The position numbers were made by a program, and so were the translations under genes. This document shows positions 53,214-63,655 of a DNA stretch of 64,000 nucleotides, one piece after another. The notes under the pieces were generated by a model, which was given only the letters and a program-made list of their open reading frames with translations, did no database searches and was not told where the DNA came from. This stretch comes from an uncultured Verrucomicrobiae bacterium. GTDB taxonomy: Bacteria; Verrucomicrobiota; Verrucomicrobiia; Chthoniobacterales; Chthoniobacteraceae. Numbering within the stretch: position 1 is the first letter of the stretch; each line of letters begins with the position of its first letter. The DNA is taken from contig CAVYKI010000010.1 in the NCBI GenBank assembly GCA_963769025.1, positions 448,001 to 512,000 of the forward strand, written 5' to 3'.

Positions 53214-54272
53214 ATGACTTCCCACAGCCAGCGCGCCGCGGATGCCCGGCCGTCTCCCGTCAGCGGCTCCCGCATGCCGCGGATCGCCGTGACGATGGGC
53301 GATCCCGCGGGCGTCGGTCCCGAGCTTTGCCTGCGCCTGCTCGCCGATGCGGCGATTGCGCGCGAATGCATCCCGGTCATCTTCGGCGATGCGGCCCTGC
53401 TGCGACGCGTGGCCGAAAAACTGGGCCTGCCATTCATCGCGCCGGTGCTCGCAATGAGCGACTGGCCGTCGGCGCACCGCAGCGTGAATGCGCCGGCTGT
53501 GCTCGATCTCCGATGCGTGGACGCGAGTTCCGTGACGCCGGGAAAGGTCAGCGCAGCGTGCGGCGACGCGGCATTCCGGTATGTGATCGCGGGCATCGAG
53601 GCCGGGCTGCGCGGCGAGGTGGATGCGGTCTGCACCGGGCCGCTGAACAAGGAGGCGCTGCACGCCGCGGGGCACAGGTTCCCGGGGCACACGGAGATTT
53701 TCGCGGCGCGCATGGGAGCGGAACGCTCGTGCATGATGCAGTACTCGGAGGAAATCACGTGCAGCTTCGTGACCACGCACGTCGGCTACGCGGAAGTGCC
53801 GGCGCTGCTGACCCACGCGCGCATTCTCGACGTCATCGAGCTCACCGCCGCCGCACTGCTCCGCATCCGCGGACGCCAGCCGAGGCTGCTCGTGTGCGGG
53901 CTCAATCCGCATGCGGGCGAGGGCGGACTCTTCGGCGGGCGCGAGGAGGAGCGGATCATCGCCCCGGCGATCGGGGAGGCGCAGCGGCGCGGCTTTGACG
54001 TGACCGGCCCCGTGCCGCCGGACACCGCATTCACGCCGGCGCGCCGGAAGGAATTCGATGCGGTGATCTGCATGTATCACGACCAGGGCCACATTCCGGT
54101 GAAGATGATCGCCTTTGACTCCGCCGTGAACACCACGCTCGGCCTGCCCGTCGCGCGCACGAGCGTGGACCACGGCACCGCCTTCGACATCGCGTGGCAG
54201 GGAAAGGCGAATCCCGGCAGCCTCCGCGCCGCCGTCCGCCTCGCGGCGAAACTCGCCGGCGCCCCGCGCTGA
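53214..54272 (+). CDS. pdxA: PdxA family dehydrogenase (4-hydroxythreonine-4-phosphate or PdxA2)
   Basis: TMGDPAGVGPE, GHTE, GLNPHAGE, MYHDQG, RTSVDHGTAFDIA. Alternative start 53274. Confidence 0.92.
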   Translation: MTSHSQRAADARPSPVSGSRMPRIAVTMGDPAGVGPELCLRLLADAAIARECIPVIFGDAALLRRVAEKLGLPFIAPVLAMSDWPSAHRSVNAPAVLDLRCVDASSVTPGKVSAACGDAAFRYVIAGIEAGLRGEVDAVCTGPLNKEALHAAGHRFPGHTEIFAARMGAERSCMMQYSEEITCSFVTTHVGYAEVPALLTHARILDVIELTAAALLRIRGRQPRLLVCGLNPHAGEGGLFGGREEERIIAPAIGEAQRRGFDVTGPVPPDTAFTPARRKEFDAVICMYHDQGHIPVKMIAFDSAVNTTLGLPVARTSVDHGTAFDIAWQGKANPGSLRAAVRLAAKLAGAPR

Positions 54273-54295
54273 TCGCAGCCGCGCGCCGCGCAGCC

Positions 54296-55870
54296 TCAGC
54301 GCTGGATTGATTTCTCGAGGAAGCGCTTCACCGATTCCTCCGCCTGCTCGGGACCCGCGGCGTCGAAGATGACGACCTCGATCGCCTGCTGTCCGGCATT
54401 CCGGATTCCTTTCTTCACGGCGTCGAGCCTGCGCTCCCTGTTGAGTTCCTCGGCGACGCTTTGCACCCCATCCGTGTCGGGCCGCTGTTCCCAGAGGCAG
54501 TAGAAGACGTGGAGCACCTGATCGCGCGCGCGGAACGTGTAGGCGCGCATGGGAAGATCGACGCCGTTGATCCGCATGGGGCGCGCGCCGAGGTCGGCGG
54601 TCATCACCGCGCCGCCGGCGGGAAGGCACACCTCGGGTCCATGCGCGCGGGCGAGCTGGACCGAGGTGCGACCCGGCGCCCAGCGGAGGAAGATCATCGC
54701 CCAGCGGAGGCCGTCCGGTCCCGTCCACGAGGCGGAACGCGCGTCGGTGTATTTCAGGATGTTCCGGGTGACCTCGCCGAGTTCCACATCACGGAAGCCC
54801 TTCTGCTCCTCCGGCCAGCGGAGTGTCCACGGGGTGACTTTCGCCATGTGCGCCTCGGCCCTGCGGTACCACACCTCGGTGCCCGCCTCGACGATGACGA
54901 GCCAGGCCACGAGCGCGATGAGGATGCCTTTTCCGGGCGGCACGCCGGGGCTGAGCAGTCCGGGATCCGGCGGTTCCTTCTCCACCTCGTCACGCTTTGG
55001 ATTCAGCAGTACGCAGAGAATGCCGACTCCCAGGAGGCTCCCGAAGAGCACCGCGAAGCCGACGTTGTCGTGCCATTTTGCGACCTCGTCCGTGCCGGAG
55101 CGGGCGCTCACCCAGACGAGGAAAAATGCGCGGCTCGCGTTGCACACGAAGGCGACGCCGAGCGCCCCCGCGAGGAGGACGAACCGGCGGATGATGCCGA
55201 AGCGGAGCAGTTCTCCCATGAACAGCGCGATCATCAGCGTCGTCTGGAGCGAACGTACCCCGCTGCACGCCTCCTCGACGCCGACGCGCCCGGTGCTGAT
55301 CTCGATGACGTTCCCCTTTTGAATGGCCGGCACCTCCACCCAGCTGAGCGCCTCGACGCAGATCGTCGTCACCGAACGCATCAGCCACTGGACGAGCGAC
55401 TGCTCCAGGGGCACCGGCCACGGCACCGCCACGAGGAAGAATGCGACCGGAAAAAAGAAATGGCGCAGCCATGCGAAGCCGCCCGCAAAATAAACGGCGC
55501 ACAGCGTGATCGCCACGCACACCCCGCCCATCGCCCAGCCGAGCAGGCGCCAGTCCGGGGCGGATTCCTGGATGAGGCGGATGGGCAGCAGCCACACCGC
55601 GAACGCGAGGACCACCAGCGCGACGGCGATGCGAGAACGCGGCGGCTGCGCGGGAGGGCGGCGTTTCCATCGCTCCGCGAAAAGGTACGCGGCGAGCAGC
55701 GGCACCGTCCAGCCATAGGTGTATTGCGGATTGATGGTCCATTCGAACCTCAACTGGCGCACGGCCAGCAGCCACACCGCGCCCAGAACGGCGCAGACAG
55801 GCCACCACGATGGTGACTTTGCCCGTCCGACCGCGTGGCCGTCTTCCGCGTCGCTTACGGCGTGCGCCAC
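54296..55870 (-). CDS. Exosortase (EpsH-like) fused to an EpsI-like C-terminal domain
   Basis: YTYGWTVP, multiple TM, VEEACSGVRSL (Cys), NASR (Arg), WHD (His); C-terminal HGPEVCLP. Confidence 0.9.
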   Translation of the reverse strand: MAHAVSDAEDGHAVGRAKSPSWWPVCAVLGAVWLLAVRQLRFEWTINPQYTYGWTVPLLAAYLFAERWKRRPPAQPPRSRIAVALVVLAFAVWLLPIRLIQESAPDWRLLGWAMGGVCVAITLCAVYFAGGFAWLRHFFFPVAFFLVAVPWPVPLEQSLVQWLMRSVTTICVEALSWVEVPAIQKGNVIEISTGRVGVEEACSGVRSLQTTLMIALFMGELLRFGIIRRFVLLAGALGVAFVCNASRAFFLVWVSARSGTDEVAKWHDNVGFAVLFGSLLGVGILCVLLNPKRDEVEKEPPDPGLLSPGVPPGKGILIALVAWLVIVEAGTEVWYRRAEAHMAKVTPWTLRWPEEQKGFRDVELGEVTRNILKYTDARSASWTGPDGLRWAMIFLRWAPGRTSVQLARAHGPEVCLPAGGAVMTADLGARPMRINGVDLPMRAYTFRARDQVLHVFYCLWEQRPDTDGVQSVAEELNRERRLDAVKKGIRNAGQQAIEVVIFDAAGPEQAEESVKRFLEKSIQR

Positions 55871-57579
55871 GATTTGACCAATTCGCGTTCCTCCGGACGC
55901 AATTCCTCCCAGCGCAGGGCGGCGACTTCCGCCCTGGCCTCATCGCTCCGGCCGTTCGCACCGAGAGCCGCCGCGTACACGGCACGGTGTCCCTGGCCGA
56001 CCCGATCCCACGGAATCGAGAGCCCCTTGTAAACCGCCAGCGCTCCGGCCCCGTCCTTCTTCCGGATCGCGGCGAGCGCGAGCGTGGTCCGGTGCGCGAG
56101 GCTCGTGGGCGAGCGGGCGACGAGTTCCTTCGCGGCAGCCATGGATTCATCCACTGCGCGGCCCATGAGCAGGTTCACGTAAGCGAGATCGTTCTTCACG
56201 GAATCATCCTGCGGCCAGCGCTCGCGCATCGTCTTCAGCGTTTCGGAAAGCATCTCCACGTCGCCGCGCTTCTGCGCGATCCGCAGCAGGGCCTCGAGCG
56301 CGGGGCGCGCAGTGGCCGCGTTCACGCTGAGCGAGCGGAACGCAGTCTCGGCCTGATCGAGCTGGCCGATTTTTTCCGCGTAGTTCCCGATGAATGCCAT
56401 CTGCTCGGACGATGGCCCCGCGGCGATGCGCGCACGGCGCCAGTGCATGTCCGCGACGGTCGCGCTTCCCAGCTCCAGCGCCGATCGCGCGAGGAAGAGT
56501 TCCTTGTACGCGGCATCGAGCGGCACATTCTTCATCCCGAGCACGCGCTCGATTTCATTCCATCGCCTGAGCCCCGCGAGGGAATCCAGGCACAGGAGGA
56601 GCAGGTCCTTGCGCTTGAAGGCCTCGTCCACCGGGACGACGGCCAGCATCCGCTCGTATTCCCCGTGGGCATTCAGCCATACGCCGAGGGCGCGGCGGGC
56701 GGCGGCGCCGGCCTTTTCATACTGCCGGACCGTCGCGTCGAGAATCGTGGCGCGTTCCGCCGGGCGGAGGGCGAGTTCGATATTGAGCGCGAGAAGCCGG
56801 TGTTCGTCGGTGGCGAGCGAATTCTCGCGGATCAGCAGGAGGACCTTTTCCGCGACGTCCGCCGGGAGGGCGGGGAGTGCGGCCAGCCGCCTGAGCGCCT
56901 CGATGCCTTCGCGCGTGTCCGCCGCGCCGAGTTCGAGCATGGTCCGGACGGCCTCGTCCCGGAGCTGCGCCGTGCCGGCGGAAAGTTGCAGCAGCGCCAG
57001 CAGGAGGCGCGCTTCCTGGTTGTCCTTGTCGAGGCGCACCGCATCGCCCGCAAATTTGCGCGCCCTTTCGCCGTCGCCATCACTCGCGGCCCATCGCGCG
57101 GCGAGCCGGTGCAACGCGCCGTCGGCCGGGTTTTCCTTCAGCAATGCCTCGATCTGGATCCCCGCCTCGGCCACCGCTCCCGACATGAGGAGATCCTCCG
57201 CATACGACCGGCGATCCGCCGGGCGCATCGCGCCCGACTCCACGAGCTGCTTCCAGAGCGGGACCGCGGCGGAAGGCTGCCCGGCCATCCCCTGCACCCG
57301 CGCGGCGATGCGGATCGCCGCGGGTTCATCCGGCTTGGTCTGATACGCGGTCCGCGCCTTGATCAAAGCCTCCTCGATGTTGCCGCCGAGGATCTGGGAT
57401 TCCGCCTTGGACGCCATGCGCCGCGCACGCAACCCCTGCACCCAATCGTGGAGCGTGCGAAATTCGAGCGCGGCAACGCCCAGACCCATCACGGCAAATC
57501 CCACCACCGCCAGCCAGTTCCGGCGGCGCTTGCGCGCTTCCTGAAGTTCAGGAGCGAGGACCGTTACAAGGGGATGCAC
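55855..57579 (-). CDS. Membrane-anchored TPR-like protein
   Basis: N-terminal RKRRR plus TM, then Ala/Leu-rich helical repeats, NDLAYVNLL. Confidence 0.75.
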   Translation of the reverse strand: MHPLVTVLAPELQEARKRRRNWLAVVGFAVMGLGVAALEFRTLHDWVQGLRARRMASKAESQILGGNIEEALIKARTAYQTKPDEPAAIRIAARVQGMAGQPSAAVPLWKQLVESGAMRPADRRSYAEDLLMSGAVAEAGIQIEALLKENPADGALHRLAARWAASDGDGERARKFAGDAVRLDKDNQEARLLLALLQLSAGTAQLRDEAVRTMLELGAADTREGIEALRRLAALPALPADVAEKVLLLIRENSLATDEHRLLALNIELALRPAERATILDATVRQYEKAGAAARRALGVWLNAHGEYERMLAVVPVDEAFKRKDLLLLCLDSLAGLRRWNEIERVLGMKNVPLDAAYKELFLARSALELGSATVADMHWRRARIAAGPSSEQMAFIGNYAEKIGQLDQAETAFRSLSVNAATARPALEALLRIAQKRGDVEMLSETLKTMRERWPQDDSVKNDLAYVNLLMGRAVDESMAAAKELVARSPTSLAHRTTLALAAIRKKDGAGALAVYKGLSIPWDRVGQGHRAVYAAALGANGRSDEARAEVAALRWEELRPEERELVKSWRTP

Positions 57580-57609
57580 GTCGATGAATTCGTTGAAATA
57601 TTATCTGAA

Positions 57610-57626
57610 TGCAGGCGTTGTGCCAA
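57610..57626 (-). promoter_or_regulatory. Candidate sigma-54 (-24/-12) promoter
   Basis: Minus strand TTGGCACAACGCCTGCA (GG-N10-GC) followed by an AT-rich tract, about 30 nt before GTG 57579. Confidence 0.65.
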
Positions 57627-57707
57627 TGATCGTTTGCATCATCTGGGTGTCCGCCGGCGCGGTCCTTCGGGCGCGTCGCTTCAAATCCCGTGCCGCGGTC
57701 CAGGATT

Positions 57708-58124
57708 TTATCTGCCGGCACGCCGCAGCACCCAGACCAGCCACGCCGCGAAAATCCCGCTCCATCCCGTGCAGACGTCCTGCAAGTCCGGGACGCGGCC
57801 CGGGATGAAGCGCTGCACCAGCTCGATGACGCACACGAAGAGCATCAGCGCGGCGACCCGCGCGAGCGGGGGTTCCAGGGTCCGCAGCACCACGGCCGGC
57901 AACGACTTTCCCTCCCTGTTCCGGACTCCCGGCAGCAGGAGCGCCACCGTGGCGATCAGGAAAAACGCGGCGATGTTTTGAAAATCATCGTGTTCATTCA
58001 CCCACGCGCGGAAGGACGCCGGCACGAAATTGTGGATGCCGCCATGGCGGTTCGGCCTCAGCGCCATCGCCATCGCGGCGATGATGCCGATGACGAAGAT
58101 CGCCTTCAGCATCGCCGCCTTCAT
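57708..58124 (-). CDS. VanZ-like membrane protein
   Basis: IELVQRFIPGRVPDLQDV motif; ATGA overlap with the GT2 gene. Confidence 0.75.
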   Translation of the reverse strand: MKAAMLKAIFVIGIIAAMAMALRPNRHGGIHNFVPASFRAWVNEHDDFQNIAAFFLIATVALLLPGVRNREGKSLPAVVLRTLEPPLARVAALMLFVCVIELVQRFIPGRVPDLQDVCTGWSGIFAAWLVWVLRRAGR

Positions 58125-59003
58125 CTCAGCCGTCGGCCCGCCCGCTCCGCGTCCCGCTTCATCTCGTACGTCTTCGCGACGCTCAGGAATTCGTAGAAGC
58201 CGTGCAGCCGCGCAAAGTAGTAGCCTTCCCTCCCGTCGAGAAAACCGCGCTGCCAGACGTAAACGTAGAGGAAGCGCAGCAGGCCGCGGAACGGCAGCGC
58301 CTGCGACCACTGCTTCAGTTTCCGCCGCGCACCCACGCCGCCCTTTTGCAATTGCCCGCTGCTGCCCTGCAGATGCCGGTCCAGCGCCACGCGCGCCTCC
58401 CAGTTCGAGTAGCGGTTGTGCTTTTCCACGAAGACCGCGACGGACGGGAACGCGTAGTGATCCATCTCGGCATCGCAGCCGCCCGGTCGTCCCCTGCACC
58501 ACGACGTGCTCGTGCACCTCGTTGTCCCCGCTCTGCGTGTCGGCGTCGGTGAGCTTTTCGTAGCGCCCGAGCCGGTGCTTGAAGAGGCGCAGGTTCCAGT
58601 TCGGGTAGTAGGCGTGCCGCAGCCATTTTCCCATGAACATGAACCGCCGGTTGATCCAGTAGCCGGCGACGGGATGGCTCGCGTCGGTGACGATGGCGCG
58701 AAACTCCGCCTCGGCTTCCGGCGGGAGCACCTCGTCCGCATCGAGGATGAAAACCCACTCGTGCCGGAACGGAACATTCTCCAGCGCCCAGTTCTTCTTC
58801 TTCGGCCACGTCCCGTTGAATTCAAACTGCACCACCGTCGCCCCGTGGTCCGCCGCGATCTTCTGCGACCCATCCGTGCTCGCGGAATCCACGACCACGA
58901 CCTCCTCCGCCCACCGCACCGACGCCAGGCAGCGCGCGAGATTCGCCGCCTCGTTCTTGATCGGGATGAGGATCGAGACCGGGACTGTTGCGTGCGCGCT
59001 CAT
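58121..59003 (-). CDS. Glycosyltransferase family 2; frameshift about 58475
   Basis: [41 protein letters not shown]. Confidence 0.92.
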
Positions 59004-59581
59004 GGGGCCTGCGCGCCGCGCATCCGGACCTGTGTCGCGGGATTTCCGGCGACAATCGCTGAAGGCGCGACGTCCTTCGTCACCAACGCACACGCGCCCA
59101 CGACCGCGCGCGCCCCGACCGTGACGCCCGGCAGGATGAACGCGCGGGCACCGATGAAGGCGTCCTCGCCGATCGTGATCTTCGCCACCTGCAGCGGAAG
59201 CGCCGGGACTGAAAAGTCGTGGGTTCCGGCGCAGAGGTAGGCTTCCTGCGCGACGATCGCGCGCGCGCCGATCTCGATCTCGCCGAGGCTGTACAGATTC
59301 GCCCGATCGCCCAGCGTGGCGCGGTCGTGCAGCGTCACGTTCCACGGGATCTGGATGCGTGCGCGCTGATGCACGAACGGCATCCCGTGAATCCGCGCCC
59401 CGAAAATCCGCAGCCAGAAAAGCCGCCAGCGATTGCACGGCTTGGGCGTCCATCGGCAGCAAATCACCCAGCAATACTCCCAAACCAGCATCGCCATCCT
59501 CTGCCGGACGGACCACGGGGAATGATACGGCGACTTCTGGTCGAACGTCCGCGCGCCCTGCTGTTTCTGTTCTTCGGCCAT
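59000..59581 (-). CDS. WcaF-like polysaccharide O-acetyltransferase (left-handed beta-helix)
   Basis: [23 protein letters not shown], hexapeptide repeats, AGNPA. Confidence 0.88.
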   Translation of the reverse strand: MAEEQKQQGARTFDQKSPYHSPWSVRQRMAMLVWEYCWVICCRWTPKPCNRWRLFWLRIFGARIHGMPFVHQRARIQIPWNVTLHDRATLGDRANLYSLGEIEIGARAIVAQEAYLCAGTHDFSVPALPLQVAKITIGEDAFIGARAFILPGVTVGARAVVGACALVTKDVAPSAIVAGNPATQVRMRGAQAP

Positions 59582-59631
59582 CGGTGAAAGGATACGGAGT
59601 CGTCAGTCTGCGGAACAGCCCGATTGCATTT

Positions 59632-60737
59632 TCAAAGCGAACGCAGCGCTGCGGCCACGCGAGTCACCTCCTCATCGGTGATCTCCGGAAACATCGGGAG
59701 CGACAGGATGCGCGGCGCGAGCGCCTCGGTGACGGGGAAGTCGCCCTGCCTGTGGCCGAGTTCGCGGTATGCCTCCTGCAAATGCACCGGGATCGGATAG
59801 TGGATGCCGTGCGAGACGTTCGCCGCATCGAGCGCCTTTTGCAGGTCGTCGCGGTCGTCGGTCTGCACGACGTAAAGGTGCCACACGGGATTCGCATGCG
59901 GCGCGACCTTCGGGATGCCGAGCTTCGTGCCCGCGAGGAGTTCGCCATAGCGCGCGGCGGCGGCGCGGCGTTGGTCGTTCCACTTCGCGAGATGCGGGAG
60001 TTTCACGCGGAGAACCGCCGCCTGGACGGTGTCGAGGCGCGAGTTGTAGCCCTTCATCGTGTGGACGTATTTCACCTTCTGCGCCGTAGTTGCGGAGCAG
60101 CGAGATTTCTCCGCGAGCCCCGCATCACGGGTCACGACTGCGCCGCCGTCGCCGTAAGCGCCGAGATTCTTGCCGGGGTAAAAGCTGAAGCAGCCGATGT
60201 CCCCATCGTGCCGCACGCAGCCGGCCCTTGTAGGTCGCGCCGTGGCCCTGCGCGGTGTCCTCGACGACGGCGAGCTTGCGATCCTTTGCGATCTGCAAAA
60301 TCGGATCCATGTCGGCGGGATGGCCGTAGAGATGCACGGGCATGATCGCCTTCGTGCGCGGCGTGAGCGCGCGCTCGATGGCCTTCACGTCGATCGAATA
60401 ATGGTCCGGCTCGCAGTCCACGAAGACCGGCTTCGCGCCCGTGCTCGAGATCGCCAGCGCGCTCGCGATGTAGGTGTGCGTGGGGACGATCACCTCGTCA
60501 CCCGGCCCGACGCCGAGCGCGAGCAACGCGAGATGCAGCGCATCGCGTGCCGTCCGCCACGCCGATGCAGTGCGGGGCCTCGTTGAATACGGCGAACTCC
60601 TTCTCAAACTCGCGCACATCCTCGCCGAGGATGAAATCGCCACGCCCAACGGCTCGAAGGATCGCCGCATCCATCTCCGGCTGGAGATCGTGGTATTGGC
60701 GGAGGAGGTCAACGAACTGGACCTTGTTAGGATGCAT
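59632..60737 (-). CDS. DegT/DnrJ/EryC1/StrS aminotransferase; frameshifts about 60545, 60215, 60090
   Basis: VQFVDL, GDFILG, GPGDEV, PVHLYG, EDTAQ, SFYPGKNLGAYGDGG, NSRLD, HYPIP, LSLPMFP. Confidence 0.92.
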
Positions 60738-60791
60738 GGAGATGTTGAAAGAAAAAGTGGCCTAGCGCCGTCCGCGTGTGGTGACGGGAAT

Positions 60792-61381
60792 TCACCGGCT
60801 CCCGGAAACCAAGCGCCAGCGCGAACCTGTATCGGGACATAGAGCGAATCCCTGTGCGTCAAAAGACAGCCGCGCGCCGGTTTCGGAAACCCAGCCCTTG
60901 ACCTCTGCTGGTACCCCGACTGCGAGCCCGTAAGCAGGCACGTCGCGCGTAACGACAGCGCCCGCCGCAATCATTGCGTATTTGCCGATAGTTACGCCAC
61001 AAATAATCGTGGCATTCGCTCCTATGCTCGCGCCATCCTTGACCATCGTGGGAACAAGCCATTTTGTGACTGGTAACGCTTCGCGGCGACAGATGCCCTA
61101 GGGGAACGAGGCATTAGGTCGTTCGTAAAGACGACGCCCGGCCCAACAAACACGTCATTTTGCAAATGGACGCCGTGCCAGATCATCGCACCGTTTTTCA
61201 CTGTGACCCGATGGCCGATGACGGCGCCACCCTCGATAAATGCGTGATCCCCGACATTGCAGTCCCGACCGATAATAGCCCCCTTCAAGACGTGCGCATA
61301 AGCCCAGATCCGCGTCCCGGCCCCAATGCTGGTCGTCTCGACAATTGCGGCTGCATGAGCATGGAAGCGTGGCGTTCTCAT
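60792..61381 (-). CDS. WbpD/WlbB-like N-acetyltransferase; frameshift about 61060, AT-richer
   Basis: IGAGTRIWAYAHV, VFTND..PRS, GASIGANATI, AGAVVTRDVP. Confidence 0.88.
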
Positions 61382-62419
61382 TTACAACTGAGGGATTGGG
61401 CAGGAGCCATCCGGAGACAGCCTTCGATTTGGGCCAAAACCCGCACGACGCCGGTCGCAAAGGCGCCGTCCGACAGCGGAGTTGAACCGTCACGCACTGC
61501 TTGAATGAAAGCGGCGTCCTGCGCCTTCAGCGGCTCGCCTGCCTGCACCTTGGGCAGATGCACGTCGCCATCGAGCATCGAGAGGCGGAGGAACTGGCCG
61601 TAGTCGGTGGCTTCGACATTGGTTTCCACGGCCTTCTCGTAAATCGCGACGGGATTCGACAGCGCGAGGTCGTCCCAGGTGATGATCTTCTTGCTGCCGA
61701 CGAGCGTGAGCTGGCGGACTTTCTTCGGGTCGAGCCACGAGCACTGGATCGAGGCGAGCACGTTGCCGGGGTATCGGAGTGAGATGTTCACCACGTCCTC
61801 GATGCCCGGCTGGAGAAATGCCGCGCCCATCGCCTGCACCTCGACGGGCTCGGAGCCGAGCAGCCAGTTGAAAATCGAGATGTCGTGCGATGCGAGAATC
61901 CCAAGCGGCGTTCACGTCGCTGCGCACGGGGCCGAGATTCGTCCGCACGGCGGAGAGCGAGCGCACGTCACCGACCTCGCCCTTTTCCACGAGTTCCTTC
62001 ACCTTGAGGATGCCGGGATTGAACAGGAAAATGTGGCCGACCATGAGCACGAGACCCTTGCTTTTTGCCAGCGCGACGAGTTGGTCGCCCTCGGCGGTGT
62101 CGATGCACAGCGGCTTCTCGCAGAGGACGTGCTTGCCCGCATTCAGCGCATCGGAGACGACCTCGAAGTGGGACCGCGTGGGCGTCACGACCACGACTGC
62201 ATCCACGCCGCCCTCTCGCAGCAGCGAAGTGTGATCCGCAAAGCCGCGGACGTGCGGGAACATCTCGCAGACGGACGCGAGGCGCTTCGCATTCGCATCC
62301 GCGATGGCGGTCACGGTGCAGTCCTTCATCTGCGAAAAGGTGCGGATGTGGTTCGGCCCCCAATGGCCGCAGCCGATCACGCCAATGCGCAGGTGGGGGG
62401 GATCAGCCGGTGAAACCAT
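61378..62419 (-). CDS. Gfo/Idh/MocA oxidoreductase; frameshift about 61895
   Basis: IGVIGCGHWG, VTPTRSH, CEKP, VGHIF, SWLDP.KVR. Confidence 0.9.
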
Positions 62420-63633
62420 AATTTTCCAGATTGCGAACGAGGTTGGCGATGTCCACCTGAAAATCCTGATCCGTGCCGCGCCCGACGAGAAGTTCGTCAT
62501 CGGGGCTCGACAATATGCAGTGGTATTCGAGCCCCGCCGGGTCGGCGACGCTCCAATGGAATGGATCGAAATTCCGAGCCGAGAAGATCTCCATCACCTT
62601 GGTGCCCTGCCGGCAATAGACGTAGTTGGCAAATCCCGCGCCGCTCGTGCCGACGATGTGTGTCGCGCCGCGGAAAAGCGCCCGCTGCTCCTGCAGCGAA
62701 TGCATACCGGGATCCACGGGCGTGTAACCAAATCCGCGCATGCACCCGACGACGTCGTCCTCGTTCAGGGCGCGGCGGCGCGCACCGGGCTTGCGCGAGA
62801 TGAGCAGCCTTTTCGGCGTGGCGGGATCCGGTTCGTAGCGCGCGAGGCCGGCGAGGTTACTCGCACATCCACGGGAAGATGTCGTAGTTTGTCGCCTTGC
62901 GGCTCGGCACGACGAGCGTGCCGGCCTGAATGTGATCGGCGTCGGTGATGCGGATGATTTTCTCGCCGGCGATGCCCGCGTCGCGCAGCAGCTCGGTCTG
63001 CCACGCGGAGGCGTTGCTGTTCACGAGATAGGCGTCCACTTTCTCCGGCGTGAAGCCGGCCAGTTCCAGCACGCGCAGGCGCGGCATGAGGTCGTGCGTC
63101 CAGTGCCAGTAGTTTGCAAAAGCCTCGGGCGTGCAGATGTCCGCGACGGTGCCCGCGATGCGCCGCACGCGCGGGAGGCGCAGGCGCGTGAACACGGCGT
63201 TGCGCTCGATGCCCCAGAAGTCGCGCGAGAGATCGGCGATGACCTCGTCCGTCGGGGTGATCACGACACCCGCATAGTGGCCCCACACGCGCGCATCGCG
63301 CAGCACTGAGACGGTGAAGGGCGGCACGTCGCGCTCGATGAACGGCACGAAGTTCGCGGCGAGCGCGGGGTCGGGGCATTTCGGCGGGCGGTGCGTGAGG
63401 CGCGCTGCGGGAATTGCGGTGATGAGGCGGCTGCCGGAACCCGCCGGCTGTTTTGCGAGCCATTCCGCGGTGTTCGCCACCCAGCCTTTCGGCGGGCCGA
63501 AGACCGCGGAGCTGCGGCTCAGTTTGGAAATTTGCCTCAACGCTGCGATGCGCAGTGAACGGGACACGCCTTCCAAGCGGCGCATCCACCGCAGACGCAG
63601 CTTCAGGTTTCGCTTGAGCGTTCCGAGATCCAT
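62403..63633 (-). CDS. Glycosyltransferase family 61 (DUF563)-like; frameshifts about 62860-62740
   Basis: NYWHWTHDLMPRL, LISR, SLQEQRALF..A..IVGTSGAGFAN, VMEIF. Confidence 0.8.
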
Positions 63634-63655
63634 GAAGGGTTCAGTTTTCGCACGC

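Noticed and set aside
51492..54272. 926-aa fusion ORF ending in PdxA
   Set aside because: The upstream part is an off-frame overlay of the HDAC and metallophosphoesterase genes; PdxA starts at 53214 or 53274.
57708..59516. 602-aa GT2-VanZ fusion
   Set aside because: An artefact of the GT2 frameshift at about 58475; the genes are separate with an ATGA overlap.
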